From the NCBI GenBank assembly GCA_044226625.1, contig JBGAGQ010000028.1, positions 1-64,000 of the forward strand: a stretch of 64,000 nucleotides of DNA. The letters run 5' to 3'. The notes below the pieces were generated by a model that made no database searches, was not told where the DNA came from, and saw nothing but the letters and a program-made list of their open reading frames with translations. Both the position numbers and the translations under genes were made by a program. Shown piece after piece: positions 51,108 through 59,485 of this stretch (position 1 is its first letter; each line of letters begins with the position of its first letter). Source of the stretch: Thermoanaerobaculia bacterium. Lineage in GTDB: Bacteria > Acidobacteriota > Thermoanaerobaculia > Multivoradales > UBA5704.

Positions 51108-51953
51108 ATGAGCCGAAGCCCGGCAAAACTCTGTCTCGCCACTGCACTTCTTGCCTCGCTGTTTTCGGGCTGCGTCTCGCTGTTTCCCCCCGATCCACAC
51201 CAGGCGTTCGCAGGGCGCGAGGCCCCAAGTTTCCATACCTACCGCGCGCTGGGACGGAAGATCTTCGCCGCGGAAATCGGGCCGACGAACGGGCCGCCGG
51301 TCCTGATCGTCCACGGCTCGCCGGGCTCCTGGGGCGTTGCCGCGAGCTTGATGACCGATCCGGCGTTGGTCGAGCGCGCGCATCTGATCGCGATCGACCG
51401 GCCGGGCTTCGGCCGCTCCGGCCGCGGGCGGCTCGAAACGTCGCTGCTGCGCCAGGCGGCGATGCTCAAGGACGTTCTCGAACAGGCGGCGCCGGGGCGG
51501 AAAGCGGTCGTCGCCGGCCACTCGCTCGGCGGCCCGGTTGCCGCGCGGCTCGCGATGGACGCGCCGAGCAAGGTCCGCGGCCTGGTCCTGGTCGCGGGCG
51601 CGCTCGATCCCGCGCGGGAAAAGACCACCGGCCTGCAGCGATTCGCCCGTCTGCCTCTGATCCGCTCGATCTTGCCGAAACGTTTCGTGCTCGCCGACGA
51701 CGAGATTCGCCCGCTCAAGGGCGAGCTCGAGAAGATGCTCCCGCTGTGGCGGAAAATCCGCGTGCCGGTCGAGGTCATCCAGGGCGATTCCGACGCTCTG
51801 GTGGCGCCGGAAAACGCCGATTTCGCCGCGCGCATGCTCACCGGAACGAACGTACATCTGACGCGCGTGCCGAACCAGGGGCATGAGATTCCGTTCGATC
51901 GGCCGGACCTGATTCGCGACGCGATCGTCCGCATCCTCGACGGGGAGAGTTGA
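51108..51953 (+). CDS. Alpha/beta hydrolase lipoprotein, paralog 1
   Basis: FSGC lipobox, HGSPG, DRPGFG, GHSLGG, QGDSD, GH. Confidence 0.9.
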   Translation: MSRSPAKLCLATALLASLFSGCVSLFPPDPHQAFAGREAPSFHTYRALGRKIFAAEIGPTNGPPVLIVHGSPGSWGVAASLMTDPALVERAHLIAIDRPGFGRSGRGRLETSLLRQAAMLKDVLEQAAPGRKAVVAGHSLGGPVAARLAMDAPSKVRGLVLVAGALDPAREKTTGLQRFARLPLIRSILPKRFVLADDEIRPLKGELEKMLPLWRKIRVPVEVIQGDSDALVAPENADFAARMLTGTNVHLTRVPNQGHEIPFDRPDLIRDAIVRILDGES

Positions 51954-52102
51954 GCCGGTCCGAAAACTCGACGGCGGGTTCGCCGTAGATCCGAGGACGC
52001 GGCGACGGGTGGACCCGATCGAGCTGCCGCGCCGAACCGAACACCCTAGCGGATATCGTGGGCCCGCGCCCGGGCCGTCGCCGGAAACGTCAAGGACGAA
52101 CG

Positions 52103-52957
52103 ATGAAAAAGCGCTCGAAGAAACTCCTCGTCTTGGCCGGACTCGTCGCCCTAATGGCCGTCGGCCTGCTCCGTTGCGTGTCCTTCGGCCCGCCGGATAC
52201 CAGCAAGGCGTTCGCAGGACACATACCGCCGACGTTTCACGACTACACCGTGCTCGGCCGGACGATCCACACCGCGGCGATCGGCCCGGTGGACGCGCCT
52301 CCCGTGCTCTACGTCCACGGCTCACCCGGCTCCTGGGACGACGCGGTCTATCTCATGACCGACCCGCGGCTCGTCGATCGGGTCCGCCTGATCGCGGTCG
52401 ACCGCCCCGGATTCGGCGGCTCGGGCTACGGCCAGCTCGAGACCTCGCTCGAGCGGCAGGCCGCGGCGCTGCGCGGCGTGCTCGACCAGGCGGTGCCGGG
52501 GCGGAAGGCGATCGTCGTCGGCCACTCGCTCGGCGGCCCGGTCGCGGCGCGGTTGGCGATGGACGATCCGGAGTCCGTGGCCGGGCTGGTTCTGGTCGCC
52601 GGCTCGATCGATCCCGCGCTCGAAAAGACCACCTGGTACCAGAAGGCCGCGCGCTGGCCGGTCGTGCGCGCGATCGTCCCGGACATCCTCGAGCTCGCGA
52701 ACGACGAAATCCGCCCCTTGAAAGGAGAGCTCGAGAAGATGCTCCCTCTTTGGGCCGGAATTCGGATGCCGGTCGAGGTGGTCCAGGGGGACGACGACTC
52801 CCTCGTCCCGCCCGCCAACGCCGACTTCGCCCAACGGATGCTCACCGGCGCGAAGGTCCACATGATGCGCATCCCGAAGCAGGGGCACCTGATCCCCTGG
52901 GAGCGGCCGGATCTGATCCGCGACGCGATCCTGCGGCTGGTAGACGGGGAGGGGTAG
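52103..52957 (+). CDS. Alpha/beta hydrolase, paralog 2 (tandem duplicate)
   Basis: HGSPG, GHSLGG, QGDDD, GH; long stretches identical to paralog 1. Confidence 0.9.
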   Translation: MKKRSKKLLVLAGLVALMAVGLLRCVSFGPPDTSKAFAGHIPPTFHDYTVLGRTIHTAAIGPVDAPPVLYVHGSPGSWDDAVYLMTDPRLVDRVRLIAVDRPGFGGSGYGQLETSLERQAAALRGVLDQAVPGRKAIVVGHSLGGPVAARLAMDDPESVAGLVLVAGSIDPALEKTTWYQKAARWPVVRAIVPDILELANDEIRPLKGELEKMLPLWAGIRMPVEVVQGDDDSLVPPANADFAQRMLTGAKVHMMRIPKQGHLIPWERPDLIRDAILRLVDGEG

Positions 52958-53018
52958 AAAGCTCGCTGCCAGCAGGTTACTCGCCGCCGATGGCCGGCGC
53001 GCCGGGTCGAGGCTTGAT

Positions 53019-53037
53019 TGCTATCATTATGATAGCC
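53019..53037. promoter_or_regulatory. FitA-type operator palindrome
   Basis: TGCTATCA-TTA-TGATAGCC directly upstream of the antitoxin. Confidence 0.75.
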
Positions 53038-53063
53038 TTTGCTGTCGCAGAGTGGAGGATGCC

Positions 53064-53294
53064 ATGCCAGACGTTTTGGTCCGAGATCTCGACCCCCAGG
53101 TTGTGGAACGGCTCAAAGGTCGAGCCAAGCAGCACGGACGCTCGCTTCAGGGGGAGGTCAAAGCTATCCTAGAATCCGTATCACCCATGTCCATGAGCGA
53201 GGCCCGAGCGCTGGCCGAACAGTGGCAAGGGCGGTTGGCCGGACAGATCAGGGGGGACAGTAGCGAGCTTCTCCGCGAGGACAGGGAGCGGTGA
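53064..53294 (+). CDS. FitA-like ribbon-helix-helix antitoxin
   Basis: VLVRDLD..V..RLK.RA..HGRSL..EV..IL; GGAGG RBS. Confidence 0.85.
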   Translation: MPDVLVRDLDPQVVERLKGRAKQHGRSLQGEVKAILESVSPMSMSEARALAEQWQGRLAGQIRGDSSELLREDRER

Positions 53295-53698
53295 CGCGAT
53301 TCGTCGTCGATGCGAGCGTCGCGGTCAAGTGGTTTCTTCCTGAGAGTGCGTTGCTCCTCCTGCGGAGCGGATACAACCTTCTGGCTCCCGATCTCCTCTG
53401 GGCCGAGGTCGGCAACATCCTCTGGAAGCGGTGGCGCCGGAACGAGCTGCCCCAAGAGACGGCCTATGCGATTCTCCGAGACCTCCGGAGGCTGCCGATC
53501 CAAATACGCCCTTGCGACGAGCTCGCCGAGACGGCGTGGAGCATTGCGACCCTCCGGGACAGGTCGTTCTACGACAGCCTGTACCTCGCACTGGGCGCAC
53601 AGGAGGAATGCTCTATGGTGACGGCTGACGGCAAGCTATACAACGCGCTGGGAGGTCCAGCGGCCGGACTCCTCTGGGTCGAAGACATCCCCACCTGA
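53291..53698 (+). CDS. vapC: VapC/PIN-domain toxin
   Basis: VVDASVAVKW, APDLLWAEVGN, YDSLYLAL, VTAD; GTGA overlap. Confidence 0.9.
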   Translation: MTRFVVDASVAVKWFLPESALLLLRSGYNLLAPDLLWAEVGNILWKRWRRNELPQETAYAILRDLRRLPIQIRPCDELAETAWSIATLRDRSFYDSLYLALGAQEECSMVTADGKLYNALGGPAAGLLWVEDIPT

Positions 53699-53734
53699 GA
53701 TGGCTCGCCGGGCAGCAAGTTCGTGTGGGCGAAC

Positions 53735-54946
53735 CTACCGCACCATCGCCATCCAACCCTTGAGGTACTCCCCCTCGCGGTGGGCGATCGAGACCGGATG
53801 GTCGGAGGCGGCGGCGAGCGGTTCGAGGAGCGAGACGCGCACGCCCGCCTCGACGGCGGCGGAGAAGAGGACCTGGCGGAAGAGCTTTCCGTCCATCGCA
53901 CCGCTGCACGAGAAGGTGAAGAGTAGACCGCCGGGGGAGAGGCGCTTGAGCGCGAGCCGGTTCAGGTCCTTGTAGGCGCGGGCGGCGGCGTCGAGGTCCT
54001 GCCGTTTCTTCACCAGCGGCGGCGGATCGCAAATCACCAGGTCGTAGAGATCGGTCCGGGCGCGCAGGTCTTCGAAGACGTTCGCCCGGACCCACTCGGT
54101 CCGGTCTGCGGGTAGGCCGTTGTTCTCGTACAGCCGCTCACCCCGTTCGATCGCCTTGGGCGACGACTCTACGTGGACCACCCGGGAAGCACCGCCCGAG
54201 AGGGCGTAGAGCCCGAACGCTCCCGTGTGGGCGAAAAGATCGAGCACGCTCCGCCCCGCTGCGTAGCGCGCGACGCGGCGGCGGTTTTCGCGTTGGTCGC
54301 AGTAGAAGCCGGTCTTTTGGCCCCCCGCGAGGTCGGCGGAAAAACGCAGGCCGGATTCCAGGAACTCGACCTCTTCGGGCGGCGTGCCGGCGATCACCTC
54401 GTCTTCGAGCGGCAGCCCCTCGCCTCTCCGCGCCGGCAGGTCGTTCACCTGGAGGATCGGCAGGCCGGGATAGGCCTCGGCGAGCGCGGCGTAGGCCTCG
54501 GCGCGCAGCGCTTCGAGCCCCGCTACGGTGATTTGGCTCACCAACACATCGGCGAAGCGATCGACGGTCCAACCGGGCACGCCGTCTCCCTCGGCGTTCA
54601 ACAACCGGTAGCCGGTCGTCTCGGCGGGGAGGACCGCGCGGCGGAGCGTTGCGGCCTCGGCGAGCCGTTCGGCGAAGAACGACCGTCCGGCCCAGGCGGG
54701 CCGCGGATCGCCGGCGGGGGAGGGGATCATCCGGGCGCGGATCTGCGAGCGCGGGCTGTAGAACCCGAGGCCGAGCGGGCGGCCGTCGGCCGCGAAGACC
54801 CGTGCGAGCGGAGCGTCGGCCGGTCCGGATGCGGCGCCGATCGCTCCGGAAAAGAGCCAAGGATGCCCCTCGAGAATCGGCTTGTCCTTCCCCGGCAGGA
54901 GGCGGAGCCGGACCTCCGCTGCCGGGGGGCTCTGTGCTTCCGTCAT
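53735..54946 (-). CDS. rlmI: RlmI-like SAM-dependent rRNA m5C methyltransferase (PUA domain)
   Basis: GHPWLFS, EGDG.PG..VD, GQKTGFY.DQRENR, VLDLFAHTGAF, DPP, FSCS. Confidence 0.85.
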   Translation of the reverse strand: MTEAQSPPAAEVRLRLLPGKDKPILEGHPWLFSGAIGAASGPADAPLARVFAADGRPLGLGFYSPRSQIRARMIPSPAGDPRPAWAGRSFFAERLAEAATLRRAVLPAETTGYRLLNAEGDGVPGWTVDRFADVLVSQITVAGLEALRAEAYAALAEAYPGLPILQVNDLPARRGEGLPLEDEVIAGTPPEEVEFLESGLRFSADLAGGQKTGFYCDQRENRRRVARYAAGRSVLDLFAHTGAFGLYALSGGASRVVHVESSPKAIERGERLYENNGLPADRTEWVRANVFEDLRARTDLYDLVICDPPPLVKKRQDLDAAARAYKDLNRLALKRLSPGGLLFTFSCSGAMDGKLFRQVLFSAAVEAGVRVSLLEPLAAASDHPVSIAHREGEYLKGWMAMVR

Positions 54947-57156
54947 TCGACCTCGAAGGGAACGCCGCCGGCGTCGAGCGGAGGAGAGCCCGGCTCGGCG
55001 AGAGATAGGTTCAGCCGGTACTCGCCCGGCGCGAGTCCCGCGGGCTTGAAGCTCACCAGGATCGCCTCGCGCCCATTCGCCTGGCTCTCGCGTCCGAGCA
55101 GGTGGACCTCGCCCCCCGGCACGGCCTTGCCCGCGGGGTCGGTGATCCGGCCGGTCGCCGCGAGCTCTCCGGGCGCAAGATGGTAGGCGAGAAGCGACAG
55201 CGACGTCGTCTGGTCGACCGAGAGGATCGGCCGGCTCGCGGGAACGAAGGCCTGTTCGCGAACGGTGAACGGATAGGGGGCGTCGGCCTGGTCGCCTCGC
55301 GGCTTCTCCCGCACCATCAACCAGGACGCGGGCGATTCGAGGAAGAACGGCGGGATGAGAGCCGGTACGGCCGGATCGAAAGCGGGCACTCGTAGCGGTT
55401 GGACGACGAGCCCCGAGTCGCCCGTCCGAGCGTTGCGGACGAGGACGCGGAGCGACCAGTTCCCGGGAGCAAGCTCCAGGTGGCCGTAATACTTGAGGCC
55501 GTTTTGCAGCAGCCGGTCCTTCACCTTCGCGAGGTCGAAGCCGAGGGTCTGGGCGAAGAAGTCGCCGATCGAGCCGTCCGCGGCGAGCGCGTAGGCGTAG
55601 ATCTCGGTCGGCAGCGGGCCACTCTCGGTCGCGGCGAGCAGCGAGGCGCCGTCCACCTCGACCATGACCGGTACGAAGGACTTTCCCCCGCCGGGCAACG
55701 GGAACGCGACCAGCGACGAGGCGAGCGTTCCTCCGGCGCGACCGTTGGAGATCTGCTCGGCCGCGTCGAACAGGTGGACCGCGGCATCGCGCGGATCGTA
55801 CGGTTTGGGCGCGAAGTATCCGGCGCGATGGGAGACTCGGGTGCCGCGCGAGGGGTGGGCGAGCTCGACTTTGAGCGGATGGTAGGCGCCGTCGCGCGCC
55901 ACCGCCGGCTGGAACGAGAGTACGTAGGTCACGCTCGTCCGCTCGAGCATCTTGCCCATCGCCACCGCGAGGTCGTTGAAATTGCGGTAGAGCTCTCCGC
56001 CGGTCTGGTCTGCCATCGCAAAGAGGCCGTCCTGGCCGTTCGGCCGGGAGAAGCCTTCGCCCCCCTCCGCGCGCAGTCCTCCGATGTCGACCGCCTGCAC
56101 CACGCAGTCGGAGCGGCGGAGGGTCTCAATCAGCGCCGAAAGGTCGCTCGCGTTCTTCGTGTTGCCGAAGCGCGCGTCGCTGTCGACCTTCCAGATCTCC
56201 CCCTGCTCGGCGGAGGTCTGCTGTTCGGCGCGCTCGGCCTCGTTGGTCGAGCCGAGCAGCAGCGAGCTGTCGAATCCCTCGGAGAGCAGGACGACGTACT
56301 TCCGCCCCTCGACCGTTCCTACCAGGCGGGCGAGGTCTTCGAGCGCGCGGGTGTAGTCGGTGAGGCGTTGGGTCTCGAAGCGCCGATCATCCTCTTTGTT
56401 GCGGCGGATGTTCTCCCGGGTGTCGGTCAGCAGCTCTTGAAGGGCGATGTCTGCGGCCGCCTGCCGCGGGTCGTCCGGCTCGGCCACCACCGCGGGGTAG
56501 GGCTCCGCGCCGGAGCCGAATTCCGCTTCGAGCACCAGGTTCAAGGGATCGCCGCTTCGCTTGACCAGCTCGGGCTTGCCGAGCGTCTGGATCGCCGCGG
56601 CGATCTGCTTGCGGTCGGAGGTGAAGCCGACGAGGATCTTCGGCCCGTTCGACGGGGAGTGTGTGGCGACCGCGACGACGTCGCTCGGCGCGAGCTTGTC
56701 GACCACCTTCTGGACCGCACGGCGCGCCTGGACGATCGACTTCGGCTCGGAGTTGGCGAGGTCGAACAGAATCAGGAAGTGGCGTCGCGCCGCGGACGAG
56801 ACCGGCACGCTCGGGGCGGCCGGCGCGCTGGCTGCTGCGGCCGCCGGGGCTCCGAGGTCGATCACCTCGAAGCCGGTGATCTCCTGCTTCTTCTTCCCCT
56901 CGTAGAGCACGAAATCGGCCTGGGTCAGACCGCGCACGGGCTGGCCGTCCTTGGCGACCTGGAGCGGCACCTCCACCGCCACGACGTCGGTTCTCTCACC
57001 GCCGAATCGCGGCGGCGTGGCCGCGCCGGCGTTTAAGGGAATGACGATCGCGGTGATCCCCGCCATCGCGGCGATCCCCGCCATCTTCGCCATCGGGGCG
57101 ACGAGCGCGGTAGGAGTGGCGGTGCGGCGGACGGGTGGTTCGGTTCTGGATCTCAT
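54943..57156 (-). CDS. Exported VWA-domain protein (Acidobacterial VWFA-related), paralog 4
   Basis: Signal peptide, VEVP.QV..DG.PVRGL...DF, LFDLANS, GRKYVVLLSEGF, A.QTGG, Y.L.FQP, R.GY.AP; start uncertain. Confidence 0.85.
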   Translation of the reverse strand: MRSRTEPPVRRTATPTALVAPMAKMAGIAAMAGITAIVIPLNAGAATPPRFGGERTDVVAVEVPLQVAKDGQPVRGLTQADFVLYEGKKKQEITGFEVIDLGAPAAAAASAPAAPSVPVSSAARRHFLILFDLANSEPKSIVQARRAVQKVVDKLAPSDVVAVATHSPSNGPKILVGFTSDRKQIAAAIQTLGKPELVKRSGDPLNLVLEAEFGSGAEPYPAVVAEPDDPRQAAADIALQELLTDTRENIRRNKEDDRRFETQRLTDYTRALEDLARLVGTVEGRKYVVLLSEGFDSSLLLGSTNEAERAEQQTSAEQGEIWKVDSDARFGNTKNASDLSALIETLRRSDCVVQAVDIGGLRAEGGEGFSRPNGQDGLFAMADQTGGELYRNFNDLAVAMGKMLERTSVTYVLSFQPAVARDGAYHPLKVELAHPSRGTRVSHRAGYFAPKPYDPRDAAVHLFDAAEQISNGRAGGTLASSLVAFPLPGGGKSFVPVMVEVDGASLLAATESGPLPTEIYAYALAADGSIGDFFAQTLGFDLAKVKDRLLQNGLKYYGHLELAPGNWSLRVLVRNARTGDSGLVVQPLRVPAFDPAVPALIPPFFLESPASWLMVREKPRGDQADAPYPFTVREQAFVPASRPILSVDQTTSLSLLAYHLAPGELAATGRITDPAGKAVPGGEVHLLGRESQANGREAILVSFKPAGLAPGEYRLNLSLAEPGSPPLDAGGVPFEVE

Positions 57157-57245
57157 CGCCCTCGGCCCCCTGATTGCCACGGAAGTTTCGGCTTCGACTG
57201 GATCGGACCTCGCGGGGCTCGGCCGGCGAACGCTGCGTCCGTCAT
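57153..57245 (-). CDS. Putative 30-aa mini-ORF bridging two VWA genes
   Basis: MTDAAFAGRAPRGPIQSKPKLPWQSGGRGR*; ATGA overlaps at both ends. Confidence 0.35.
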   Translation of the reverse strand: MTDAAFAGRAPRGPIQSKPKLPWQSGGRGR

Positions 57246-59419
57246 TCGACCTCGAACGGGACGCCGCCGGCATCGAATCCGGTCGCTCCCGGCTCGGCCA
57301 GCCGGAGGTTCAGCCGGTATTCGCCGGGGGAGAGCCCCGCCGGCTTGAAGCTCACCAGAAGGGCCTCGCCGCCGTTCGGCTGACTCTCGCGGCCCAGCAG
57401 CCGGATCTCTCCGCCAGCGACCTCCTTGCCCGCGGCGTCGGTCACCCGGCCGGTCGCGCCGAGCTCGGTGATCTGGTCCGGCGCGAGGTGGAAGGCGAGG
57501 AGGGAGAGCGAGGTCGTCTGCTCGGCCGAGAGGATGGGCCGTGACGCGGGGACGAACATCTGCTCGCGGACGACGAACGGATAGGGGCGGTCGGCTTCGT
57601 CTCCTCGCGGCTTTTCCCGCACCATCAGCCAGGACGCGGGCGATTCGAGGAAGTAAGGCCGCGCGAGCGCCGGGGTCGCGGCGTCGAAAGACGGCACGTG
57701 AAGGGTCTGGACGACCAGGCCCGAGTCGCCCGTCCTGCCGTTTCGGACCAGGACGCGGAGCGACCACTCGCCATCGGGCAGCTCGAGATGGCCGTAGTAC
57801 TTGAGGCCGCTCTGGAGCAGCTTGTCCTTGACCTTGCCGAGGTCGAACGCGAGGGTCTGCGCAAAGAAATCGCCGATCGAGCCGTCGGTGGCCAGGGCGT
57901 AGGCGTAGATCTCGGTCGGCAGCGGCCCGCTGTCGGCCGCGGCCAGGAGCGAGGCGCCGTCGACCTCGATCACCACCGGGACGTACGCCTTCTCTCCGGT
58001 GCCCGGGAAGGGGATCGCGACTAGAGAGGAGGCGAGCGCGCCCCCTTCCCGTCCGGTGGTGATCAGCTCGGCGGCGTCGAGCAGGTGCGCGGCCGCATCG
58101 CGCGGGTCGTACGGTTTCGGCGCGTAGTAACCAGAGCGATGGGAAACCCGCGTGCCGCGTGACGGTTTGGCGAGCTCGACCCGGATCGGGTGATAGGCGC
58201 CGTCGCGCGTCACCGCCGGCTGGAACGAGAGCACGTAGGTGACGCTGGTCCGGTCGAGCATCTTGCCCATTGCCACGGAGAGGTCGTTGAAGTTGCGGTA
58301 GAGCTCGCCGCCGGTCTGGTCGGCCATCGCGAACAGACCCTCCTGGCCGTTCGGCCGGGAGAACCCATCGGCGCCGTCGCCGCGCAGCCCTCCGATGTCG
58401 ACCGATTGCACCACGCAGTCGGCACGGCGGAGGGCTTCGACCAGCGACTCGAGGTCGCTCGCGCTCTTCGTGTTGCCGAAGCGCGCGTCGCTGTCGACCT
58501 GCCAAACCAGGCCTTTCTCGGCGTCCGTCTGCTGCTCGGCGCGCTCCGCCTCGTTCGTCGAACCGAGCAGGAGCGAGCTGTCGAAGCCTTCGGAGAGCAG
58601 GACGACATATTTCCGCCCTTCGACCGTACCCACGAGGCGAGCGAGATCTTCCAACGCGCGCGTGTAGTCGGTGAGGCGCTGGGCCTCGAAACGGCGGTCG
58701 TCCTCTTTGTTGCGACGAATGTGGTCCCGGGTGATCTTGAGGAACTCCTGAAGCGCGACGGAACCAGCGGATCCGCCGTCTTCGGCCTCCCCGACCGCAT
58801 AGGCCTCGCTTTTGGAGCCGTAGTGAGACTCCAGCACCAGATTGAGCGGGTCGCCGCTCCTCTTGATCAACTCGGGCACCCCCAGCGTCTCGATCGCCGC
58901 GGCGATCTGCTTCCGGTCGGACGTGAAGCCGACGAGGATCTTCGGTCCGGCCGAGGGGGAGTGGGTGGCGACCGCGACGACGTCGCTCGGCGCGAGCTTA
59001 TCGACCACCTTTTGCACCGCGCGGCGCGCCTGGATGATCGACTTGGGCTCGGAATTCGCGAGGTCGAACAGGATCAGGAAGTGGCGCCGGGCCGCGGGCG
59101 AGATCGCCACGGGCGGCGCGTTCGGCGAAGCCGGAGCCGCCGCGAGATCGATCACCTCGAAGCCGGTGATCTCCTGTTTCTTCTTCCCTTCGTAGAGCGC
59201 GAAATCGGCCTGGGTGAGGCCGCGGACGGGCTGGCCGTCCTTGACCACCTGGATCGGCACTTCGACCGCCACGACGTCGGTGCTGCCGCCGCCGAAGCGC
59301 GGCGGCCCGGCCGCGGAGGAGGCGGCCGGATGAGTCGTGGCGAAGAGGAGGAACGCTAGGGAAACGGCAAACCAAGGACGAAGCGACCGGTGAGCCCGGC
59401 CATCGTTCGAATCGTGCAT
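57242..59419 (-). CDS. Exported VWA-domain protein, paralog 3
   Basis: Same architecture; near-identical blocks shared with paralog 4. Confidence 0.88.
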   Translation of the reverse strand: MHDSNDGRAHRSLRPWFAVSLAFLLFATTHPAASSAAGPPRFGGGSTDVVAVEVPIQVVKDGQPVRGLTQADFALYEGKKKQEITGFEVIDLAAAPASPNAPPVAISPAARRHFLILFDLANSEPKSIIQARRAVQKVVDKLAPSDVVAVATHSPSAGPKILVGFTSDRKQIAAAIETLGVPELIKRSGDPLNLVLESHYGSKSEAYAVGEAEDGGSAGSVALQEFLKITRDHIRRNKEDDRRFEAQRLTDYTRALEDLARLVGTVEGRKYVVLLSEGFDSSLLLGSTNEAERAEQQTDAEKGLVWQVDSDARFGNTKSASDLESLVEALRRADCVVQSVDIGGLRGDGADGFSRPNGQEGLFAMADQTGGELYRNFNDLSVAMGKMLDRTSVTYVLSFQPAVTRDGAYHPIRVELAKPSRGTRVSHRSGYYAPKPYDPRDAAAHLLDAAELITTGREGGALASSLVAIPFPGTGEKAYVPVVIEVDGASLLAAADSGPLPTEIYAYALATDGSIGDFFAQTLAFDLGKVKDKLLQSGLKYYGHLELPDGEWSLRVLVRNGRTGDSGLVVQTLHVPSFDAATPALARPYFLESPASWLMVREKPRGDEADRPYPFVVREQMFVPASRPILSAEQTTSLSLLAFHLAPDQITELGATGRVTDAAGKEVAGGEIRLLGRESQPNGGEALLVSFKPAGLSPGEYRLNLRLAEPGATGFDAGGVPFEVE

Positions 59420-59444
59420 CGCGGGCCTCTCTTCCGGACCGGGT

Positions 59445-59473
59445 GGCGCCGCGCCGTACCGTGGCGCGGCGCC
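59445..59473. other. GC-rich intergenic stem-loop without U-tract
   Basis: GGCGCCGCGCC-GTACCGT-GGCGCGGCGCC, a perfect 11-bp stem between VWA paralogs 2 and 3. Confidence 0.5.
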
Positions 59474-59485
59474 TCAGGGGATGGC

